DNA of 60,383 nucleotides, filler included, from Perkinsus olseni (Eukaryota): NCBI GenBank assembly GCA_013115125.1. It is 10 parts of 10 records of this genome, joined end to end, with 100 filler letters (N's around TTAATTAATTAA, not from the genome) between each part and the next. Parts side by side here need not be neighbours in the genome. Positions count along the whole stretch, not along the records: positions 42,455 to 48,379 come from JABANN010001150.1; positions 48,480 to 54,388 come from JABANN010001151.1; positions 54,489 to 60,383 come from JABANN010001152.1; 7 more parts are not named here. One strand, 5' to 3'. Shown piece by piece: positions 48,162 to 59,621 of this stretch (position 1 is its first letter; each line of letters starts with the position of its first letter). The notes under the pieces were generated by a model. It saw only the letters and a program-made list of their open reading frames with translations, ran no database searches and was not told where the DNA came from. The position numbers and the translations under genes were made by a program.

Positions 48162-51100
48162 TTTTGCAGCATGCTCCTTTGAGTCAATGATCGTGCGAGT
48201 GCAAGGAAACCAATGAGGAGGAGGGTCAGAAATTATTTCTCAGAATAATAACAATCGTCATCCAAGAAAGACATCCGCCTTGCCGCTCTTAATCTCTCAC
48301 GGATTACAACTTGCTGAACGCCTATCTATATTACCGAGTTCGAGACCGTCATTTGCCGATACACGCCGAACTTGACGCCNNNNNNNNNNNNNNNNNNNNN
48401 NNNNNNNNNNNNNNNNNNNNNNNTTAATTAATTAANNNNNNNNNNNNNNNNNNNNNNNNNNNNNNNNNNNNNNNNNNNNATTGAGTGATACTGAGAACAG
48501 TGAGATCACTGCAAGGGAGCAAGAGAGCAAGCGCGATGACTCAGTTCTCACAAATTCTAGGATCGATCTTCTGGGCGTGCGCGATTATCATGGCCAATTT
48601 CTTCTCAGAGAACTTTCTTTACGAGAAAAGAGAAGGAGCGCGTGCTTCGGTATATCTCGAATTGAAGGAAAAGATCAAAGAGGTGGGTCTGTTCTTCGGT
48701 AGAAGTGATGGTGTGCGTTGAGGAAATCCAAGAGTGCAAGTGGATCACTTGCATCGGGTCCTGGTGAGTCGGTTTTTTTCGATAATTTTTCTAGGTTGAT
48801 CCGGCGGTCTATCATCACTGGCTCTCAAAACGAGAGGTCCCCCTGAGCGCATCAGAAGCGGAGGTGCGACCGAAGACGGTCAAGAGAAAGAACAGCTATT
48901 TTGGTGGTAAGGTGGGTGGTACGTAGACTTCTGAGAGAATCCATTTCTCTGAATCGTGCAAGCTTCGACATTAGATCCGCGCCTATCAGTGAAGTAGGAT
49001 CTCGTGAAGACGGAGTGGGGAGGCTCAATTTACATGGTGGTTTTTTCAGCTCGACTAAGGTCGTGGGCTCCCGCTTGTGAACTAAGTTCCTGAGTTCGCT
49101 CATCATAGCTCCTTTTTGCTCGACGATAAACCAGGGAGTACCCCCGGTTCGAATCCCAGGCCCAGCTTTTTTCCGTCGAAGAGTTGTGAAGAATGAAGTC
49201 TCGTCGGATAATTTGTTGTTCTTGTCGAGGCGGCGAGGCATGATGGATTCATCCGGTGTGCTTACAGCTACGATTCAAAACAGGGCGGAGGAGAGAAAAA
49301 TCGCGTTCCTACACAAGCTCGAACTTTTTCCGATTTTACCTGCATATCACTGGTCCCATCGCTTACCCAGCGATATCAAATTGAAGTTTTCATAGCACCA
49401 CCACCACCATCGAAAATATGATGAAGATTGATTCCTCGCAGGCCGCCGGTCGAACAGAGGTCGCACGCGAACAGCATCTTCTATGAGCAAGCGCAGTAGA
49501 GCGGGATCTATATCCTCTCCGATAGCAATGGGAAATCAGGCCAGCTCACCTTCTTTTAATGTAAAAAGCGCACGCCCAGTTGATCGATTGCCCAGTGTTT
49601 TGATTGTTCAGAATTTGCATTCTCCGACTGTCAGTGCTGCAGAATCGCCGATTTCAGAAGGATCGCCGGCGAGCCCGGGAGTTGCACAAAGTGATAACGG
49701 TTTTTCCGAAATATTTCCGGAAATTTCGCGGAAATTTCAGGGCGTTCTTCGGTGAAGGTTGCTGCTGAGGATACAATCGAGTCGCGAGTGAGGAGAAGCT
49801 CTCGCCATCAAAGAGGGACGAGGCTCACTCCGTCTGAGGTGGGAGGAGGTCCCGGGATCTACTCCCAGGAGGGGTGTTTTCTCGCATCTTATCAGTCGAT
49901 TGATGATTTCCACACCGTGGTTGAAAGTTCAAGAACAGTTATCATCGTTCGCCAGGAAATTGCCTTTCTTCTCAGTTAGCGAAGATCATCCAGGCCAGCC
50001 AGCTGAAGGACACCTCGGCTTACGGTCGTTACGTAAGTAATTGGCAGTTGTGCGATTCGATCAACTCATGATTTTCCAGTACAACGAGCAGCGTCTTCGT
50101 GAGGAAGGAGGGGGGCCGCCGGAGCCGCCGCCAACACCCGTGTCACCGGAGCCGATCAAGGTGAGCCTGGATTTTTAGGGGGACTGATTTGGGGGTCTGT
50201 GAAGGCGTTCAGGGATTTCATCGTCTGGATGAGTGAAAAGCAATTAAATGCGTTCATATATTAAATTCCATCGCTCCTTTCTGGAGGCGAGAAAGTCATA
50301 TTTTGGCACAGTAACTCAATTTCAAGGAGGGAACCCCACAGGCTGAAGGATGAGTTTGAAAAGATGTTTTCCTCTAGAGGGCGACTCCCTCCCGCCGAGT
50401 AGAATCGTCGCATGGGCAGTAAATTCTAACAGCTTCGTGATTGTAATATCTCGCGCGGTGCATCCGAAAGTAAGTTGTCACCGAACCGACTGGAGAAGAC
50501 CGAGACTGTTCGTCTGAAAGTACTCGGAGAAGGCGAGTTTAGAAGCGGGTGTGCGCGAGGCACCGTCGCGCCCATTTCTTAAAAAACGACGAGATCGTGC
50601 GTCTTGTTCCTGGTGTCGAGTGAATGTGACACGATCGACAGTGAATGTGCAGGAACAAAGGAGCCTGGTTATATGGCAGGAAGAAAAAGAGTAGATTCCA
50701 CTTCGAACCTCCCTTTGCAGACGGCACAGGGAGGGGTGAATCGACCCGGTTGCGAGTAACGTAGACTCAGCCAGGCTGACTGAGATCTGGGAAAATCAGC
50801 ATGTACAGCTCACTGGTCCCCGCTAGGGTCAAAGGAGAGATGAAAGATTCGCGGAAACGTGGTAATTCAGAAGCAGTAAATCCTGAAGCTCTGCGCAATG
50901 AGTTATCAGTGAATGCACGATCCACTGGATCGGATCCAGCCAAAATTGCTACCCCTCCGCGTTTGCTATTCTAGGGTCAGTTTTCGTTCGCTTGTTATCT
51001 CTCTTTCTCGGGCTGCAGGGAAACGTCCCTTGCTGACTTTGAAGGCAGAAAATTTCCTACTGCCGGAAGAAGTTTTCCCGACCCTCGCGGCGGCAAGCAA

Positions 51101-51479
51101 TTCAGCCGGCAGAACCGATAATGGTTGTACAATAGAGAAGCGCCACCTGTGTTGCCGCACCTGTCAACTTTCCCGTCTCGCCTCCGCGAGGGACGCTGAG
51201 TACAGGGATCATGCGCCTTTCGTCAACCCCGAGTTGGGGTTTCCCCAATGGGGAAACCTCCGAGATTCCGTTAAGAGACTCTCTTAAAGAGAGTCAAGCT
51301 GGATGGCGTCTAGGTGCATGCAAGAATGCGCTTTGCCGCTAAGCCTTGGCGTGATGCGCTGGTCGTGAAGGATTCCCCGGATCCTTCGAAATCACTGGAA
51401 AACTCTTATCTTCGGTAAGTGGAGAACATCACTTTCATGCAACATCAACAACTGTCATCTTCCTTCACGGCTGTGGCGG

Positions 51480-53424
51480 TCATGTCTTGGCTCGCTTAGC
51501 TGGAGAAGGCCCTTCATCGATCGTCGTAGCTGACGGTAACTTCTGCCCCTGCTGTCGTGGGTCCTCTCGGTTCTCATCTCCGAGGAACTGGTCCATCTTA
51601 TTTGCTAATGCGTCATCTTGTCTCACTAGACGAAGAACACAATGAGGCGAGATTGCGCTCTGGAGCTCAGAGACAGAGTCTATCTTCGCGCCCAGATTCA
51701 AATCCCAGGCGGCTCGGTCTGGCGACCAGCACATAATAGTAGTCGCAGGCATGAAGCGGCTGATCTCAAAGACATCCTCGGCGAGCTTAAAAGCCTCGAC
51801 AATTTCCCTCTCATCGGCTGTACCGTTGGTGTCGATCACGAAACATGACTCATCAATACGGGTAAGATTCAGTGTGGGAGGAGTGAATGCCAACCCGCCA
51901 GCCATCTCCAGGGATATCCACTCGAAGTACCTCGGCTTGTCGTTGCCGAGTGTACTTCCTGAACAACGAGATGTGGTGCAATAGAGCTTCAGGCTGGCCT
52001 CCAGCGATTGCTGAACTCCATTAGAGAGTGTCAAAGACGCTACGTTGACCTGCTCTGCTGCCCGCTCGCTGAAGTAAAACCCTAACGCAGGGGTCATCAT
52101 ATTAAGCGTCGTAGTCGTCTGGAAGTCCATACGGGAGTTGGTCTCGTAAGGTTGCCCACCAGTGTCAATATTCGGCTGCCAATTTACGGTTGGCATCCGC
52201 AACCCCCCTGCAGCAGGAGCTGTAAATGGTGGCGTCGTCTCGTGCATCGTCGTCCTCATCATCATCGATGTGTCCCATGAAGGGTCGTAGTTGTTGCCGC
52301 CTGCCCTTTGACCGTGGGTTGCCCAACCTATCGAGTCACTACTGGGGACTCCGTCCTCTATACTTTTTACCCCTCCCGAACCGTCTTGACCCCTCAAAGG
52401 AGGCTTCCCATACAGCAGATCGTTGGGATCTGCTGATCGCCAGCTTCTTTCCTTCTTTAAAGCGATTACCCGGGGAGGTTGGAGCAGCTTCAACAGCCAA
52501 GTGACCCCATTTTGACGTTACTCTCGGGCATAGGCGAATGCCTGACAGAGTGGCACTGAAGCCGAAGTAACCCGCAGCGTCCCTCAAGGACTGTTCCATT
52601 TCATCACGCTCATGAGGCGTTTGAAGAGCTTGAAGGTGCCAGCAGCTGCCTGAAGAACGTTCCAGGTACGACTCTGTTAGAGTAAATACTGACATGGTGA
52701 CGGCCGCAGCGATCTTGTTGATGGACCACATGCGTAGTGTTGCTGGTCGTTCACGAGATCCAAGCGCATCACTGATGGTAACGAGGACTGCGTCGGGTTT
52801 GCTTATACTACCGCTATTGCGGTAAGAGCCAGCTTCGGGTGACGGGGAAGCGAAAGCAGGATTACTGTTCAAGTGTAACTTCACGGGATGAGTTAGAGTA
52901 TTTGTCTCCTTCTGTCCGAGAAAAAGTGTCCAGGAGTCACCGAAGGAGCAAAGGCGGAATCTAGGTTTAACCCAGGTATTGGGTTCAATTCCAAAGGTCT
53001 GGCGAGCTTCGTAGAAGTAGTGCGACCGGAGAGACTCCCATGTACGCCGTTCTACATGGAAGCAGTTCTTGGAGGCGAATTTAGTCGGCCCTTCGGCTTC
53101 GGGTCTGATGAAGGGGGACTTGCCGGGCGAGAAACGCTCTATGCCAACTACAAGTGGCATCTCGAACTCCTGTCCGTCTTCCCCTCCTAAAGTCACATGC
53201 ATGAACGCCCAGTCGTCGTGCTTTGGCTCAACGTCCTTGATGTGCACCCTTAGACGCGTTAGGCCACCAAGGCCTTCAATCGCTTCGCTGTTGTCGTAGA
53301 ATCCCGCCGACGGACCGCGCAGCTTTGCAGAGAGTCGACCTGCAAGGGCGGCAACTGATTGAAGAATCAGCAAAAATCGAAGTGCAGCGATCAGAGGGCG
53401 AACAGGAAATGCCATGTAAAACAA
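51480..53424 (-). CDS. Lineage-specific secreted multi-repeat protein; two overlapping ORFs, probably one frameshifted gene
   Basis: Signal-like N-terminus. Three homologous-looking domains (G-x-Y start, CF/CW, I-x-LC, W-x-L-x-LG) across ORFs 52339-53424 and 51480-52493, which overlap by about 155 nt. Confidence 0.55.
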
Positions 53425-54783
53425 GGCTAGCTACGCTCGTGAAACCACTGGCGTCCTCGTGGGTTGCAAAAAAGTTGTCATTTTTCTCTGCATGAGAATG
53501 GAAGTCCTTTCCGGTGATTGGATTTTTTTCGGTGCACAACGAGGCGAGCGAAGACTGTCGGCGCAGAGCGGAAGAGCAGGATAACCTTCGGCGCTCGTGA
53601 ACAGATCGGCTAAACTCTGCCGGCCGATCTCAGACTGAAGTTGGTTCGGACTCTGGGCTTACATCGGTTCTCACAGGAGTGTACGTCGCTGCTAGTCTAA
53701 GTCGTACTGTCGGCGTTGGTCTTTAAACTCACACGCACAGCGCGTCACAAGTGGAATCTTCGGGGTTGACCAAGGGACGCGGTACGACAGAGCAGCACGA
53801 AGTCACACGAACTCTCACTGGTTATGGCCACGGAAATCTCTCTCGTCCACTCGCACGAGTCCTAGGGCGTAGTTGCAGTAAATAGACAATGGGTGAGGAG
53901 CTCCGGACTTCCGACGGCGTGGACTGGCAGTACAACCATGGAGATACCGTCTAGCCGTGGAGAGACGGTGCGCCGCGGCCTCTCGGGCAGCAGTATTATT
54001 CCGACTGTCGTCGGTCAGGACTTGTGTTATAGAAACCAGTACGAACTCGACGAAGTAGTAAGTTCAGCGGTACTGATGCTGGCTGCCGAACTGCCGCAGT
54101 CAAGCGTTGTGTCTCTAGCTGACAACTACTGTAGCAAACGTCGGTGAAATCGTTGAGAATGCTCCCAGGCCTTGTTGGAAATTCTAGTGTCGTCTGGCTC
54201 TGGGCGCTCCGCCGAACAGGAGCTTAACGATGGGATTACTGCTGCTGATTTCTCTCGAATGCTCTAACTCACTCTGCTTGCCATCACGATCGGGAAGCCG
54301 GGGTTGTTCAGATATTACAGACCGTGCATTTTCGATAAGCGAAACAGAAATTTTATCAGTTCTTCGCTATTAATTTAAGTATGAATCANNNNNNNNNNNN
54401 NNNNNNNNNNNNNNNNNNNNNNNNNNNNNNNNTTAATTAATTAANNNNNNNNNNNNNNNNNNNNNNNNNNNNNNNNNNNNNNNNNNNNCTTCTGATTCGT
54501 GATTGTTACCGAGATATCGCTCTTTTTGGAAATATTCTAAGATTATTTGGAGCACTGTAGTCGTTCATGTAGTAAGTCGTACACTTAAAGCTCGTACACA
54601 TGAATCTCAGACACTGAAAACTCGTACACGAGCACGACTCGTACACCATGCTTGCTGAGTCGCATTTTTGGGCCGCGCGCTGGGTCACCCAGCCTGGGTG
54701 CAATGGCGGGGCGAAGGAAGTAATATTGTCTATAGAGAGCGAATAGTTTGCGCCACTCTGTGAATAAATACTGAGTAGGGTAA

Positions 54784-54838
54784 GTGGTATGGAGGTTAAG
54801 GTAACGGGTTACTAATCCAAAGGTCGCGAGTTCGATCC
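54784..54838 (+). other. tRNA-derived (SINE-head-like) sequence
   Basis: GTGGTATGGAGGTTAAGG...TACTAATCCAAAGGTCGCGAGTTCGATCC: A-box and B-box at tRNA spacing, no acceptor stem. Confidence 0.35.
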
Positions 54839-54929
54839 AAACTGGATCATCCAATGTACAGACCCGGTACTGCAGGGAAGAGTTCAATAGTCAAGTAGAT
54901 GCGGCAGAGAGCCGGCGCGTAAATTTTTT

Positions 54930-54962
54930 AGGCAAGTCGCGGAGCCGCTCCGCGACTTGCCT
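54930..54962. repeat. Perfect 16-bp inverted repeat with 1-nt spacer
   Basis: AGGCAAGTCGCGGAGC-C-GCTCCGCGACTTGCCT. Confidence 0.9.
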
Positions 54963-55478
54963 TAATAATCGTGCACTTTGCACCCACGGCTAGCACGAAT
55001 CGTGCTAGCCTAGCACTGCTCTCTCTCTCGCTCACGGCCGCCATACGACCAGGCGACTCCAAAACCCCATGACGGCAATATTGGAGTGTGTAAGGTTCTT
55101 GGTATGGCGAACCAAACCACAATAAGTAGATAGGCGATGCGGCCACGTGAGACATAGCTGTGGTCTTCTTCATTAATCATAATGGTATCGCATGCAAACA
55201 CAGACTATTTACAATGCTACATTTCTTTATTTTTTTCATTTTTTTGCTCTCGCGCGGATGGGCAAATCGCGAAATTTACGAAAAGTGATATAATTTTGTG
55301 AACGTGCTGAAATTGACGGTTTCATAAAATTTACTGGGGCGAGCGAGTTTGATACTGGTTTATATTTATGTTTTTTCTGAAGGTCCGATGAGTTCATATA
55401 TAAAGTTTCAGGGCCTGAATCAAAATTGTTACGGAGAAAGTAGGAAAAAACCGATGTGATATAATTCTGTGGGCGGGT

Positions 55479-56078
55479 TTATTTCTTCCCTAACTTCAGG
55501 TAAGCATTACCCGAGTCGTAATAGACAGAATGCTTCTTGTCGTAGAGGGTGTATTCGCCACCACGGACAGGATACTTGAAGTCAACAGAAACCTTGCCAC
55601 CGCCAGCTGAAAAGCGTCCAGCATATAGCGAATGGCTCAGCAGGAGTGCGCGATGCTCATGATGTGCACTGCAATCAGCTTTGAATCCTTTAGGCGGGTG
55701 GCATCCGTCTTTGTGAGCTTGTAAAACCGTCTTGACCGGTAGGTAGTAGGAAGATGGTATCAGAGCGGTCAATCCCCACTGTGAGCTGGAGCTTCCTGGC
55801 GAGATAGGGAACGAATAGGAATCTTCTTCTTTATGATGGCGTCGGAGAACAATCTCACTATTCTCGACCGTCACACCATCGAAGTCCATACTGATGCTCA
55901 ACGTGCCAGCGTTGTACTGAAGGGTCGCATCGTGAGGGCCTTTGTAGTCGAATGCTATGCATGCAGCCTCATCGCTCGAGCTGGCAATGGGCTGTGCGGC
56001 ACAGTACGTGCCGACGTCGAGGGACTCAGCCACACCGAAGAGCAGCGAGGCCAGTAGGACAATGATCGGTACGGGCAT
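55479..56078 (-). CDS. Hypothetical secreted protein
   Basis: Signal-like MPVPIIVLLASLLFGVAES followed by a GTYC domain; intronless ORF of about 199 aa. Confidence 0.6.
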   Translation of the reverse strand: MPVPIIVLLASLLFGVAESLDVGTYCAAQPIASSSDEAACIAFDYKGPHDATLQYNAGTLSISMDFDGVTVENSEIVLRRHHKEEDSYSFPISPGSSSSQWGLTALIPSSYYLPVKTVLQAHKDGCHPPKGFKADCSAHHEHRALLLSHSLYAGRFSAGGGKVSVDFKYPVRGGEYTLYDKKHSVYYDSGNAYLKLGKK

Positions 56079-58334
56079 CGAACAAGAAAAGGAAAAAATC
56101 TGAGAAAAGCATTCGGATTGAAATATGTAATCGCAGCTCGAATTTGGAACCATCTTTAAGCTCAGCGTAGTCAGCTGTGGTTGAATCGATCATCGCGCCC
56201 GGAAGGAGACATGAGGGTGTCTTCCATTCACTCGCATCGTTGATGCGATCTCTTGGATGATTGCACGAGAAATCTACCGCTACCAGCATCATGCCAGCTT
56301 GAAAGGAGAGGGTGGCGTCGTGGAAAAGGAGACAGCCTTGGGTGATGCCCCTCGTCACGTACGGTACGTATGCGTGGACGGTAAGCGCTCAAGGATGAAT
56401 CGAATGAATATCCTCAACAAGATACATCTGCCGGCAGCCGACTTCATAGTTTTATGAAGGCGGCAGCATATCAGCCGAGGATTACGTGTTTTAAACCCCG
56501 GGGGAAACTGACTAGGCGTACTACAGAATGGTTATCGTTCTATGGCCAAGACATGACTGTGTCACGCAGCCTGTGTGCGTGCGTGTCCACTTCAGCACAT
56601 CTCGGTACTGTACCGCTTGGACATCTATCTACCGCAAGGTTCGTCACTCAATCATTGCGCCACTGCAATTCCTCGGCCCGAGTGCCTCGGCCCGAGGCCC
56701 TCGGGGGTTCCTCGAGGTCCTCGAGTCGAGGAGTCGTAGGAGCGCTGACGTCGTTAGTTAGACTAGGTTTCAACTGTTCAAGGATACTGCGAACAGTCCC
56801 CGATATTAGCTAAGTAAAAGGCGCTAAGTCGCAGAGATCGATCAACTTCATATGTACGCATATGCGCCGAGTCAATTCCAATGACGCGCCGAAGCCTAAT
56901 AGCTCTGCTAATAAGTCATTAGTAGAGCCATCAGGCTTCGGTTTCTACTAGTAACTTATTTGTAATAAGTTGTTAGTAATAACCGAACTAATTCTTGTAA
57001 GGGGTTCTCTCAGTGTTCCCAGAGCCGTGTTCTGCGACGCGGAGTCCACAGAATTGGGGCCGTATGCGGAGGCTGATTCTGGGACTTCACTCGCCATTAC
57101 CACCATTCTTCCGACTGACGAGTTGTCTAGTTGCGGTTTTTCTTAGTCGGGTACATGATGAATCAGGAAACTCCTCTACTCCTGACGGAGTGCCCCATAT
57201 CATATGGCCCGTATAGCGATACGACGTAGCAATTTGTCCCTTCTTTACTTCGCCCCATCCACTACTCAGATACTAACGCTCAATGCTCTTCGGGGAAGGC
57301 CCTTCCAGCCTTTGGCCGCCGAAGTTTGGCTTTTCGCAGTGACAACTCAGCTCCAGCTCGAAGCCGGGAAGTAGCCAGGCTGCGGTATGATTCAGAGGCG
57401 GCCCAGTAACGTGTGGACTCAACATTAAGGAGAGCTTTTTATAAAGTTTGCAGAGCAAGAGCATGCCCCCGAAGTTCTCCTTCCATCACTGAGTTTATAG
57501 CAGGGTTGTCGACCTTCGCTTGAACACCCTGGCGCCGTTGCTCTCTTCTAGGCTGCCCTGCCCTGCCCTGGCCCGGCCAGGCTGGTCATCTCCTACGGGC
57601 TGATCTATAAACCTCGTAACCTTCTACATCAATGATAGGCTCTCATTGGTTTGAAATCAATGATTTCCATGAAGACGGTATATACCTACGCCTAATAGGC
57701 GTCGCCTCATCCATCTTTGCGACGTTGACTGCATGTAGTCACTCCGGAGATCACTACCGAGCGAGCAAATAGAGACTTCAGCTGTGCGCAAGACACCATT
57801 GTCTGGTGGCGTGCACTCTCGCGTCTTTCGAGCAGAGAGACGAGGCTCGCTGTACCTTTTACTGCTCGACGTATAAAGAAACGTTTCGAGCGCCATGCAG
57901 TTGCGATGACGACTGGGCAACTCGTGCTGTGGGGAGCGAGACAGGGGCGCGGCGAGCCGCACCTCGGCCTCGGCGATTCCAGTTTCGAGCTGGACATTTT
58001 TCCATGTCGGGTGAAGAAGTATAGCGGGTGGTCTTCCTCGTTATATCTTCCCATTTAGCGGTCAAATCACTTCTTCACATTTCTCTGGGTCGCGGAATGG
58101 CTCACTGGTTAGTAGAGCCTTTGCCCTCGGAAACTGGTCTTTTCTCGGGGGTTTCTCGACTCAGAACAGCTCTCCCTCGCTCGCTCAGGGAAAGGGCTTC
58201 TGCCCTGAGCTTCCAGTTCGGCTATCATCGGAACATTCTTCCAATCTTGTCTTGTATACACCAAATTCATCTCGGGTTTATCAATGAATTGAATTCGATG
58301 CTTCTTTAGAAAAGTTGCCACCGTCCACCCAGGC

Positions 58335-59621
58335 ATGGTCTTCTCTAGACTACATCTCTTCATCCCTTTCATCTTCTACATCCACGGTGCTAGCGGCTCC
58401 CTGAAGGGCGAGGGGTACGATAACGATGGATTGTCCCAGGAAGGCACGCTTCCGAAAGAAGGATGGTCGATATGGAAGAGGGTTTCCAGTTACTTCGGAA
58501 GGCGGCCTAAGCGACCTCAGCATCTCCGTTCCGAGGAGGAGCCGTCTTCGTTCTTCCGCCATGGGAGCACCCGCAGCCTTCCTCCCAGTTTGGGCGGCGC
58601 CGCGGCCTCACCAAAAGTCTCCGACTCGGAGGGGAGAAGCAGTCCGATTCCCATCAAGGGGAAGTCAGCACGAAGCGGGTCCAACAGATCTCTACCGCCT
58701 TCCGAAAGCTCGCTTCGTCTCTCGAGTATTTTCGAGAAAACGGAGTCTGTCCCGTCAGACACGGGTGGTGATGACCAAGTCGATGGGAGCTTCAGCAGAC
58801 GCTGGGGCAGTGAGAGGAACAGAATTTTCTCTTCCTTCTCGTTGAAGAAAAAGGACAAGATAGAGTTGCCCCTTTCTGAAACCCCAGCGGAAGTGTACTG
58901 CCATTACGACTTCTCAGAAGGAGTCCTATGCCTTGCCAAGCTTCCCGGTTCCGATTTCACCGACATTTTCCACCATCGTTTAAGGAGCCGAGAGACCCGA
59001 TCATGTCGAATTATCACTTACCCCAGTCACCGTCCTAAAGGGGAGCGTCATAAAGGCGGGCCAGAAGAGGTCGAAAAAACCTGGGCAACCGCGGTGAAGC
59101 AGCTGAATGAGACGCAAAGTTGGGAAGGCTCCGAAGTCAGGAACGTAAAAAAATTTCGTCATTTGATTTTTCCTTCGTGCGACATCAAGGTTGGCAATAT
59201 CTCCTTCGATGTTACCGCTCTGTATGTGAAGCCTCTCCGCGGGAATCGACTCGGCATCGCCTTTTTCACCAAACCTGAGAAGCCCTCCCAAGTTGTGGGG
59301 TTCACTCGCGCTCTGCCCGGCCGTCACGCAAGCGCTGATAAGTATTACGTCAACACTGAGCCAGCGTTCACGGTCCGAGCTGGTGCAAGAGGGAATGTGC
59401 AAGTCAGAGCGAGTGTCGTTGTGGACGGGAAAAGAGTCGCTGATAATATATTCCCGACTGACGACGTGTATTACTTCAAAGACGATGGCAGTTCGGATGA
59501 AGAGACGTCGAAGGATCAGCTTTTCTTTTTCACCTTCGAAGAATCCTCGAACACTTTCGCTGTCATGAAGTATGGCGAGAAGTGGGCTATAATGATGAGT
59601 GAGATGATCACCGTGCTTTAG
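58335..59621 (+). CDS. Hypothetical secreted protein with Ser-rich N-half
   Basis: 428-aa ORF, signal-like MVFSRLHLFIPFIFYIHGASG, then a Ser/Arg-rich region and a globular C-terminal half. Confidence 0.6.
   Translation: MVFSRLHLFIPFIFYIHGASGSLKGEGYDNDGLSQEGTLPKEGWSIWKRVSSYFGRRPKRPQHLRSEEEPSSFFRHGSTRSLPPSLGGAAASPKVSDSEGRSSPIPIKGKSARSGSNRSLPPSESSLRLSSIFEKTESVPSDTGGDDQVDGSFSRRWGSERNRIFSSFSLKKKDKIELPLSETPAEVYCHYDFSEGVLCLAKLPGSDFTDIFHHRLRSRETRSCRIITYPSHRPKGERHKGGPEEVEKTWATAVKQLNETQSWEGSEVRNVKKFRHLIFPSCDIKVGNISFDVTALYVKPLRGNRLGIAFFTKPEKPSQVVGFTRALPGRHASADKYYVNTEPAFTVRAGARGNVQVRASVVVDGKRVADNIFPTDDVYYFKDDGSSDEETSKDQLFFFTFEESSNTFAVMKYGEKWAIMMSEMITVL

Noticed and set aside
49140-49172. CCCGGTTCGAATCCCAGGCCCAGC followed by T6
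   Set aside because: B-box-like only; no A box or stems at the proper spacing.
48480-50340. Plus-strand exon-like fragments with GT-AG boundaries
   Set aside because: Probably a host gene, but no consistent model or family could be derived by eye.
54576-54647. Four (C)TCGTACAC direct repeats
   Set aside because: Irregular spacing and short unit; no function can be supported.
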